The notes under the pieces are model-generated. The model saw nothing but the letters and a program-made list of their open reading frames with translations, was not told the origin of the DNA and ran no database searches. From the NCBI GenBank assembly GCA_038087875.1, contig CM076001.1, positions 1,242,001 through 1,306,000 on the forward strand: 64,000 nt of DNA, in the 5' to 3' direction. Made by a program: the position numbers and the translations under genes. The stretch is from Malacoraja senta. Its lineage: Eukaryota. Of this stretch, positions 37,294 through 47,215 are shown piece after piece (position 1 is the first letter of the stretch; every line of letters begins with the position of its first letter).

Positions 37294-37756
37294 TATACTT
37301 TTAAAACTCTGTGGCTGTCGTCCGTCCGTGCGGCTGTACGTCCAACGTTCTGCTTGCCGCGCGGCCTTTGACACCGCCCCGCGCCCACACGGCGCGCGGA
37401 AAGGCCCATGTTTTTGACCATTTCCAAAGAGATTACATTTATCTTTACAAAAAGCCACTCCTGATTAAATTCTGTCCTGTTTATGTACACGTTTTTAAAA
37501 TAAAATCCATCCCCCCCCAACCCCAATGTGATTTTCTCCGATTGTCTCCGATTTTCTCCGAAAAAAATTTTTCCCCGATTTTCTCCGAAAACGACGCCAT
37601 CTTTTTTTCGCCGATTTTCTCCGATTTTTTCTGAAAATGACGCCATCTTTTTTTCGCCGATTTTCACCCAGGGGTCTGAAGCACGTTCGGGAACAACACC
37701 CCTGGGGTGTCAAGCACTTTCGGGGACCAGACCCAACGGGTCTGCACTTGGTCTAG
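37294..37756 (+). mobile_element. Non-autonomous Helitron unit B, directly abutting unit A
   Basis: The 5' region (AAAACTCTGTGGCTGTCGTCCG...GTACGTCCAACGTTCTGCTTG) is homologous to the unit A start. It has (CCGATTTTCT)n repeats and the same 3' end AGACCCAACGGGTCTGCACTTGGTCTAG, followed by T at 37757. Confidence 0.85.
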
Positions 37757-37900
37757 TAGTATCTAAAAATAAGGATACTATAATCACCTATAGGTGGTAG
37801 CTAAGTTCTTAAGAACTTCCGTAGATGTTAATTTACATTAAGCTCCGCTCCCTTGACCAAATGTTGTAAGGAGGAAGAAAGGCCAGTTCAAAACCGAGTG

Positions 37901-37932
<32 letters not shown>

Positions 37933-38278
37933 TAAAAAAAACTTTTCAAACCTGTCTATCTAAATGCATCTTAAATAATCTAGCATTAAGTATATACTAC
38001 TATATACTAGTATATACTAATATATACTCACAAGTATTACATTTTACTTCCCAGTTAAGTCCAAGTCTCTTATTTTAGACAGCAGCAGGTTGAAAGGGGT
38101 TAATCAGAGTCAGACTCCTGGCTATCTGCCAAGTGTCTGAGCCTCCTCCCCTCCAGCACAACTGGGGCTGAATCTATTATATGTGTTTTAGTTTGTTAGT
38201 ATGGTAGTAATATATATCGATATATTTAGCTCATTATCCTAACTCTAAAGATTAATTAACAGTATGAAATGGGTAATG
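37757..38278 (-). mobile_element. Continuation of the L1 region upstream of ORF2, beyond the Helitron
   Basis: Shares CACCT(A/G)TAGGTGG and the TTGAA(A)GGGGTTAA...CCTGGC..GCCA(A/G)GTG...CCCCTCC block with the second L1 copy (61877-62170). Confidence 0.65.
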
Positions 38279-39985
38279 TTTAAAGAGCAACAGAAGATAA
38301 CTAAAAAGGCAATACGGGGAGAACAGATGAGGTACGAAGGTAAGCTAGCCAAGAATATAAAGGAGGATAGTAAAAGCTTCTTTAGGTATGTGAAGAGGAA
38401 AAAAATAGTTAAGATCAAAGTTGGTCCCTTGAAGACTGAAAAGGGTGAATTTATTATGGGGAACAAGGAAATGGCAGATGAGTTGAACAGGTACTTTGGA
38501 TCCATCTTCACTGAGGAGGACACAACCAATCTTCCTGATATACTAGTGGCCAGAGGATCTGGGGTGACGGAGGAACTGAAGGAAATCCACATTAGGCAGG
38601 AAATGGTGTTAGATAGACTGAAGGCTGATAAATCCCCAGGGCCTGATGGTCTGCATCCCAGGGTACTTAAGGAAGTGGCTCTAGAAATCGTGCAGGCATT
38701 GGTGATCATTTTCCAATGTTCTATAGATTCAGGATCAGTTCCGCTAGATTGGAGGGTAGCTAATATTATCCCACTTTTTAAGAAAGGCGGGAGAGAGAAA
38801 GGGAATTATAGACCAGTTAGCCTGATATCGGTGGTGGGAAGATGCTGGAGTCAATTATAAAAGATGAAATAGCGGCACACTTGGATAGCAGTAACAGAAT
38901 CGGTCTGAGTCAGCATGGATTTACGAAGGGGAAATCATGCTTGACTAATCTTCTGGAATTTTTTGAGGATGTAACCAGGAAAATGGGCAAGGGAGAGCCA
39001 GTGGATGTAGTGTACCTGGACTTTCAGAAAGCATTTGATAAGGTCCCACATAGGAGATTAGTGGGCAAAATTAGGGCACATGGTATTGGGGCTAGAGTGC
39101 TGACATGGATAAAAAATTGGTTGGCAGACAGGCAACAAGGTCCCTTTCAGAATGGCAGGCAATGACTAGTGGGGTACCGCAAGGCTCGGTGCTGGGACCA
39201 CAGCTATTTACAATATACATCAATGATTTAGATGCAGGGATTCCATGTAACATTAGCAAATTTGCAGATGACACAAAGCTGGGTGGCAGTGTGAACTGTG
39301 AGGAGGATGCTATGAGAATGCAGGGTGACTTGGACAGGTTGGGCGAGTGGGCAGATGCATGGCAGATGCAGTTTAATGTGGATAAATGTGAGGTTATCCA
39401 CTTTGGTAGCAAAAACAGGAAGGCAGATTACTATCTAAATGGTGTCAAGTTGGTAAAAGGGGAAGTACAACGGGATCTGGGGGTCCTTGTTCATCAGTCA
39501 ATGAAAGTAAGCATGCAGGTACAGCAGGCAGTGAAGAAAGCGAATGGCATGTTGGCCTTTTTAACAAGAGGAGTTGAGTATAGGAGCAAAGAGTTCTGCA
39601 GTTGTATAGGGCCCTAGTGAGACCAAACCTGGAATATTGTGTGCAGTTTTGGTCCCCTAATTTGAGGAAGGACATTCTTGCTATTGAGGGAGTGCAGCGT
39701 AGGTTTACGAGTTTAATTCCCGGGATGGCGGGACTGTCATATGTTGAGAGAATAGAGCGGCTGGGCTTGTATACTCTGGATGGAATCTTATTGAAACATA
39801 TAAGATTCTTAAGGGTTTGGACACGCTAGAGGCAGGAAACATGTTCCCGATGTTGGGGGAGTCCAGAACCAGGGGCCACTGGTTAAGAATAAGGGTAAGC
39901 CAATTAGAACGGAGACGAGGAAACACTTTTTCTCACAGAGTGTTGTGAGTCTGTGGAATTCTCTGCCTCAGAGGGCAGTGGAGGC
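38279..39985 (+). mobile_element. CR1 LINE, RT region (right half of the interrupted element)
   Basis: ORFs 38264, 38842, 39105 and 39602 give PGPDG, YLDFQKAFDKVPH, GVPQGSVLGP, KFADD and LEYCVQFW. The 3' tail is missing. Confidence 0.95.
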
Positions 39986-40009
39986 CTAGGATTGCATAGG
40001 GAGGCAGGC

Positions 40010-40228
40010 TGAGTTTATTGTCATGTGTCCCCAATAGGACAATGAAATTCTTGCTTTGCCTCAGCCCACAGAACACAGTAGGCATTTACTACAAAACAGA
40101 TCAGTGTGTCCATATACCGTTATATAAATATATACACACATGAATAAATAGACTGATAAAGTGCAAATAACAGATAATGGGTTATTAATGATCAGAGTTT
40201 TGTCCGCGCCAGGTTTGATAGCCTGAAT
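40010..40228 (-). mobile_element. LINE 3'-UTR/tail fragment (Rex1-like)
   Basis: TTTATTGTCATGTGTCC...GGACAATGAAATTCTTGC terminal stem-loop, similar to the other Rex-like tails in the window. Confidence 0.45.
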
Positions 40229-40879
40229 ACTGTTCGTCCATCATTGTGACTTTGGTAGCTTCAGTTGGTAATAGCATAGGTCTGTTAACAATGACCTACA
40301 TGGCACTTGAGAGGTTGCTACTTTGCACGATGTCAGTCCCCCACTTGCACAGCTGAATCACAGCTACTATATTGCCAATTACTCTTGATAAATAGAAGGC
40401 TGCTTTATAACAACAAGGTTGTTACAGGTTTCTATTAACTCCCAATCTCTTGCCCCAGGCCGGAGTCATGGGCTAATTAATAGTTAAAGGTAAATCCCAA
40501 TGACCAACAAGTCTATTTGGTAACAACTTAAATTTAACTGGATGGAGGCCCCAATTTATCAAATATAGTTTGAGGCTGAAACAGTTGATTTTAGCAAACT
40601 ACAGCGTTAGAATATCATCCAGCCAAGACATAACATTTGTTTTTGAACTCTGAGTGGTCCAAGCACCGATTTTAGTAATTTGGTAAATAATCTGGGTAAA
40701 TAATTTAGCCCATTTTGCAATGCTTTACTGTTATCATTACTGTTATCATTGCCTCATCATTAGCCAATGTTATCACTCCTGATAATTTCAAATGTCTCCA
40801 GTGCTCCCTGTAAATGGGAACTGAATAGAATGTATCTTTGAGATCCTTATGAAAATCAGTTGTTAGTAACGAAGTTTCC

Positions 40880-42558
40880 TATTCGGAAAAGTTTATACTG
40901 CACATGCGAGTTAAACAACATTCTCCATCTTTCACAATGAACAGGCCACGCCTGCCATCATTCCGTGCCTGCCTCGAACGACAACTCTGGCCAATTCTGA
41001 GCCTGCCACGAAAGACAACTCTGGCCATATTTCCGATCCTGTCTCGAAGGCAATCCTGGCCATAATACTGAGCCTGCCTCAAAAGACAATTCTGGCCTGA
41101 ATTCCAAACCTGCTTGGAATGCTAGTATTGTGCAGTTTTATATGGTTAGATGCTGCTAAGTAAATGTCTTAACCATTTGTGTGTTGTACAAACAAGTGTA
41201 AATATTACCAACTTGTAAGTGCTCCACTTACCCCATGTTGCGGAAGTGCCAGACCCACCTACCTGCCTGGTTACCTTGGTTGTAGGGTAGGACTGGTAGG
41301 GTGCGTGGACCCTGTGCCCAGCTTTCACGCTGCCATCAGCGTTAGCTAACCGCTTACTGCCGATGGAGGCGTGGGGTGTGTTGTCGCCGAACCGATGAAG
41401 CTTTGCTTGTCGTTGGTACCTTGATTGGTCCGACAGCTTTTGCTACCTCATCCAGGTTTTGACTGTTGAATAGGTCTTACCTGAATAGAAGATTCGGCAG
41501 CTGGCTCTAATGTCCCCCTGATAGCGCTGTTCACTGCCGGCACTTGTAGTGTGAGGGGAACTCTGGCCCCTTCCGGGTATTCTGCCAACGGCTGGTAACC
41601 AACTCTTCTGGCAGCAACACCTTCGTTTGCGAGGATTCCCTTGAAGCCATACGCATGTGCTCCAGTATGTTCCACGGACATACTTTAGAATTTGAAGTCA
41701 GTTACATACTGACCACTCGCACTCCCCTCCACAGAGAGGGAGATTCGTAGGCAGCCCTGAAACAGGTGCTGGCTCAGGCCCCTGAGGATACCTGCGCTGA
41801 TATGGCCCCTCCAACGGACTTATACCAGGATGGAACCTCACATTTGTGGGATAAACTCCCGAGTATTGACTCGGCATCAGAATAATGCTGGCGCATGCTC
41901 TCCTCCTCCAAGAGGGAGACATTAATCTCCTCCTGACACTACTCCTCCTGTTGGAGTGTATCTTGGTGGAGCACCTCTCCATTAGGAGCTCCATCCTGGA
42001 CAACCGTCCAAATATGGTATCCATTACCGGAGGGGAACCCTCCCAGCCCGACTCGTCCGAGTCCATAGGTCTGACCGACTTATTGTTGGTTTTACCCCAT
42101 GTCCTGGGGACCACAGCGGTCTGGGAGCCGCTGACCGCACTGTCAGCGACTCTGGTGGTGATACCGCCTTCCTCCTGGATTTACCCCTCCACGGGAACCA
42201 CAGCGGCCTGGAAGCCGCTGACCGCATTGTCAGCGACTGGGATCGCGAACTCGCCGGCCGCCGGCTAATCGCGCTTCCGCGGTCCAGACCGGAGTATCCC
42301 CACCGCCCATAGCCGGTTTCCCACAGCCCGTCCGGACTTCGCGACAATATCCAGCAGGAAACCTCTGTAAGAAGAGGTTCCTGCAAGAAAAAACAGAACC
42401 TGGTAAGAAATACAAAACTTACCTGGAGGTTTAAACTTACCGCTGGCAGGACCAACGCGCCTGCCAGTCAGTCGCTTCGCCATGCGACAGACGTAATGAC
42501 GCGCATGCGGACTGGCGGGGCTTCTTCACGGAATCACTTACGTGACTCCGAAGTAAAA
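40880..42558 (-). mobile_element. DIRS-like (tyrosine-recombinase class) retrotransposon remnant: 5' terminus plus decayed gag-like ORF1
   Basis: The minus strand begins TTTTACTTCGGAGTCACGT, a T-run start as in DIRS elements, followed by a CpG-rich leader. ORF fragments 41698..42114 and 41448..41681 (LQVPAVNSAI) resemble vertebrate DIRS ORF1 as I recall it. No RT or recombinase remains. Confidence 0.55.
40966..41120. repeat. ~35-bp tandem repeat, about 4.5 copies
   Basis: Units of the form GCCTGCCTCGAA(A/C)GACAACTCTGGCCA..TTC(T/C)GA. Confidence 0.85.
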
Positions 42559-42559
42559 T

Positions 42560-43250
42560 TTACAGTGTATAGCTACGTGATAAGGGCATAACGTTTTAGT
42601 GCAAGGTAAATCCAGCAAAGTCCGATCAAGGATCGTCCGAGGGTCACGAAAGAGGTTGATAGTAGTTCAGGACTGCTCTCTGGTTATGGTAGGATGATTC
42701 AGTTGCCTGATAACAGCAGGGAGAAATGGTCCCTGAATCTGGTGGTGTGTGTTTTCACACTTATATACCTTTTTCCTGATTGGAGAGGGGAGAAGAGGGA
42801 GTGGCCAGGGTGTGACTCATCCTTGATTATGCTGGTGGCCTTGCCGAGGCAGCATGAGGTATAAATTGAGTCAATAGAAGGAAGGTTGGTTTGTGTGATG
42901 GTCTGGGCTGCGTCCACAATTCGCTACAATTGCTTGCGGTCTTGGATGGAGCTGGTACTAAACCAGTTGTGATGCACCCTTATAACATGCTTTCTACGGT
43001 GCATCTGTAGACATTGGTGAGAGTTGTAGAGGACATGTCAAACTTTCTAAGCCTTCTAAGGAAGTAGAGGCATTGGTATGCTTTCTTGGTCGTTGCTTCA
43101 ATATGGGTGGTCCAGGAGAAGTTGTTGGTAATATTGACTCCTAGGTATGTGAAGTTTTCAACCGTCTCGACTTCGGCACCATCAATGCAAACTGGGGTAT
43201 GTGTACCGCTTCTTTTCCTGAAGTTGATCACTGTCTCCTTTGTCAGTTCC
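42560..43250 (-). mobile_element. Rex1/Babar-like LINE 3' fragment
   Basis: ORF 42980..43273 (TKETVINFRK, FTYLGVNI, LYFLRRLRKF, YRCTVES) and ORF 42699..42917 (IIKDESHPGHSLF). Confidence 0.88.
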
Positions 43251-44224
43251 TGAAGGCGATCACCTTTTGTCAATCATGTCCCCTGCTTTTTATTGTATGA
43301 CAGACTTCTTTTGTTTCTCTCTTCCATCACCAATTTTTATTTATCTTTATGTTATAAACATTTTAAAGTATTTTTCTGTAACCGAAGTTCTTATTTTTCA
43401 TACTAAACATTAAGGACAATCTTGAAATGTATGCAGTAATTCTTTCAAAAGAAGAATTACTGCATACATTTTATTCATAACAAAAATGATACAACTTACA
43501 CATGCACCACCTGATGGCACAATAATATTTCTGAAATTGTTGAAAAATTTGGGTTTCTCTGAAAAATATGAAGTGATATATTTTTCACACTTGACCTTTG
43601 CTTAGTATATCAAGTACAAAATATATTGCAGTAGAAAGCTTTTGACGGTTCAGTGATCAAATGAATGATATTTGTGTTTATTTTCCTTTACTAAAGACAT
43701 TTTAAGTGTATTCATTTTAAATGTAGCAGTTAATACCTGTGTTCATTAATTTCATATGAAAATGTGTAGATTTCTGTTGAAAACAGTTTCTCATTTTCAT
43801 CTGCAAAACAGATACATTAATTTATAGCACGTAAATTATTTTCTACCCCACCAGCATTTATAAATCTGTTGAAGTAGATCTACTGATGGGAACAATGTTT
43901 GCCCTTAATTTTGTTAACCACTCCTACAGTTTTCAAGGTGAGTTTGCCATTTTAGGCAAATATATCCATTCCATCCACACTGTAAAGGATGAACTTCAGG
44001 CTCTACTCATGGCAGGATGCAACGTTGGAACAAACTACCATTACGCACCTATACATTGCAGGCAAGCAAGCAGGCTGTTCACCTCTCTGACATTTCCATA
44101 TGTTTGCTCATCATCCTCCATCGTAGTCTTCAGGAATGAAAATTGCTTTGACACAGCTAGCAAACAACCTACACTTTGCTCTTCCATGTGCGCTGAATAT
44201 TTTGTCTTTCCTCATAATGTTTAG

Positions 44225-44490
44225 CTCATTCAGGCCATGCTGATTTACAGAGCAATCACATTCCTCCCAACACGGTCGGATTTGTTACTCACCTACATGC
44301 TATTGTGGCAATTTACAGTGTCCAATTAACCCGTCAACCTGCATGTCTTTGGGATGTAGGTGGAAACAGGAGCTACTGGGAGAAACCCACACGGTCACAG
44401 GGAGAATTAACAAACTACATAGACAGCATTGGAGCTCAGCTTTGAACCCAGGCCTCCTGAGCTGTAAGGCAGCAGCTTCACTAATTTTGT
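44225..44490 (-). mobile_element. Older V-SINE
   Basis: The minus strand has B-box-like GGTTCAAAGC and GTGGGTTTCTCCCAGTAGCTCCTGTTTCCACCTACATCCCAAAGAC. Confidence 0.7.
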
Positions 44491-44504
44491 CTGTGACTTG
44501 TTAC

Positions 44505-45058
44505 ATGCAGATTTATTAATGGCGCAGCTGTGCAAGTCATTGGTAAGACCACACTTGGAGTACTGTGTGCGGTCCTGGTCACCCAACTGGAGAAAAGTTG
44601 TCATTAATTTGGAAATAATGCAGAGTAATAGGAAGAGGCTTGATAGGCTGGGAGTTTTACCTTTGGAGCATAGGAGACTGGGGTAACCTTTTTGAAGCAT
44701 ACAAAATCATGAAGAACATGGATAAAGTAAATGCTCACAGTCTCTTTACCATAGTAGAGGATTCTAAAACCAGAGGGCACACACTTAAGATAAGGGGACA
44801 GGTTTAAGAGGGCACTCAGGGGGCTACTTTTTCACTCAAAGGATAATCAGTATCTGGTATGAGTGGCCAGAGGAAGATATAAAGCAGATGCAATTACGAC
44901 TTTCAAAAGTCAATTGGACAGATACATGGATAGGAAGGGGTTTAGATGGTTATGGACCAAATGCAGGCAAATGGGTCTAGCCCAGAATGCCAACTTGGTG
45001 TGCATGGACAGGGTGAGCCAAAGACCCTGTTTCCATGCTGTGTACGGCTCTATAACTA
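44505..45058 (+). mobile_element. Older CR1 3' fragment
   Basis: LVRPHLEYCVRSWSP and LEHRRL, plus a CR1-type 3' UTR. Confidence 0.85.
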
Positions 45059-45499
45059 TTTATTATTTTACATCTATGGATCCCTGACTCTATAGATTTA
45101 AATGCCAAGAGCTTTGCAGATGGAATTTCTTGGCTCTTTGAAGTGAAAATGATACATGGTCCTTGTAGGGAAAATGAATACAGAACATGTTTAAACCATT
45201 AAAATTTAAGGATATAACAGATGAGATTGTGGGCTGAAAATGAAATGTGATGTGAGAATGAGGATCAGAAAGAAGCATCTTTGTTTGACCACTGTTTTTC
45301 AAGCCACTGACTATGAGTCTATATTTGCAGACACCTTATCTTCCAAATGTCTCAGTTTGTGAGGACAGAAGTGACCCCTGCCAGATGTCCAGTGCTGCTG
45401 ACTTCTAGTACATGCCAACTTCTCTTGTAGTAGAGTGGGAAAAACTTTAGTGAATCTGTTGCAGTGCATCCATGTGAGATTTAGTATTTAAATGTTTAT

Positions 45500-45810
45500 G
45501 GTTTTAGAGAGACAGCATCTTAAACTCTTAGGCCGTTTACCCCACTGAGTCCACGCTGATCATCGATCATCCCTTCACACTAATTCAATGATATCCCACT
45601 TTCTCCTCCACTCCCTACACATTGGGTCAATTTATAGAGGCCAATTAACCTACAAAACTCGCACATCTTTGGGATGTGGGAGGAAACCAGAACCCCTGGA
45701 GGAAACCCACCTGGTTACAGAGAGAACCTGTAAACTCCAAGGTCAGTATCGAATCTGGGTCTCTGGTGCTTTGAGGCAGTAGCTCTATCCATTGCGCTAT
45801 TTTGCCGCCC
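45500..45810 (-). mobile_element. V-SINE
   Basis: The minus-strand head is GGGCGGCAAAATAGCGCAATGGATAGAG, with B-box-like GATTCGATAC and core GGGTTTCCTCCAGGGGTTCTGGTTTCCTCCCACATCCCAAAGA. Confidence 0.82.
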
Positions 45811-46003
45811 TTTTCCCCTGAGCACAAACAAACATTGTAGGATTGGTCGATTCTGGTAGAAGTTGATAGGAATGTGTGGAGGATTTAAAAAAAATCATGG
45901 AATTAGCATAAGGTTTGAAGGACGTGCTTCCATCAGGTATGAATCCTTCACTTTATGGCTCTAATTGTTGCAAGATGCATTTGTAGGTATTTCCTTAAAT
46001 GAC

Positions 46004-46510
46004 GGACGGCATAGTGGCGCAGCAGTAGAGTAGCTACCTTACAGCGCCAGAGACCTGGGTTCGATCCTAACTACAGGTGCTGTCTGTATGAAGGTTGTAC
46101 ATTCTCCCTGTGACTGCTTGGGTTTTTTCCTGGTGCTCCAGTTTCCTCCCACACTCAAAAGATGTGCAGATATGTAGGTTAATTGGCTTCTGTAAATCAT
46201 AGGTCATAAGTGATAGGAGCAAAATTAGGCCATTTGGCACATCAAGTCTTCTCAGCTATTCAATCATGGCTGATCTATCTCTCCCTCCTAACCCCATTCT
46301 CTTGCCTTTTCCCCTTAACCCTGACACCCGTACTAATTAAGAATCTATCTATTTCTGCCTTAAAAATATCCATTGACTTGGCCTCCACAGCCTTCCATAG
46401 CAAAGAATTGTAAATTGTCCCTAGTGTGTAGGATAGTGCCAGTGTATGGTGTGATCGCTGGTCGGCATTGACTATGGCCTTTTTTTATGCTGTATCTCTA
46501 AAGTCTAAAG
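46004..46510 (+). mobile_element. V-SINE with an antisense CR1 3' fragment inserted (~46198-46407)
   Basis: A box TGGCGCAGCAG, B box GGTTCGATCC and the V core are present. The CR1 tail insert is flanked by TGTAAAT on both sides. Confidence 0.85.
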
Positions 46511-47215
46511 ACCTAATGTCTGAGCTCATTATACCTTTTCTGATACTGGCACTAAATCATTGTGGCATTATTTTAGGTATTAAATCTCTCTGGCCACCTC
46601 TTTACATTGCCACATAATTTCAGCATTTGCTGGATTCTGCAGCCCTTAGGCATTCAGGATGCTTTTCCGTTTGCCCATTTCTACCACCACTACGTTTATG
46701 GTCATTATCAACTTGGAAGTCTACTGGGTGTGTGCAGTGGAGGGGGCAGGAGTGGAGGCGGGGGGGGGCGGGAGTGGAGGCGGGGGGCGGGCTGCGTGGA
46801 CTCGATGTGTGGGGGGGGGATGCGGGCAGCGTCGGAGGAAAGTTCTGGAATATTTTTTGTAAAACGCCAATCAATCTTTGAGTCAATGAATAGACTCGAC
46901 TTTTGACTGGACCCCTCCCCCGTCATACACTCTAGCCCCGTCACACACTCCCCTCCGCCCCTTCTGCGGCCCTGTCGGACTGAAGATGGTGGCACGCAGT
47001 ATTCTCTTTCAAGCTGCTGCTGCCGTTATCGTTGGCAACCCCCAACGCAATATTCCACCACTCACCAGTTCCCCCAACGCAACCCGTTTCCACCACTCAC
47101 CAGTTCCCCCAACGCAACTCTCTTTTTTTTTTTCCTTTCAAAAACTTTATTCAACACAATCATATGATACAACACATCAAAACATAATCAGAAATTACAA
47201 TATAACAAATAATCA

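Noticed and set aside
46004..46075. tRNA-like A and B boxes
   Set aside because: They are the head of a V-SINE, which continues into the SINE core and tail; no complete cloverleaf.
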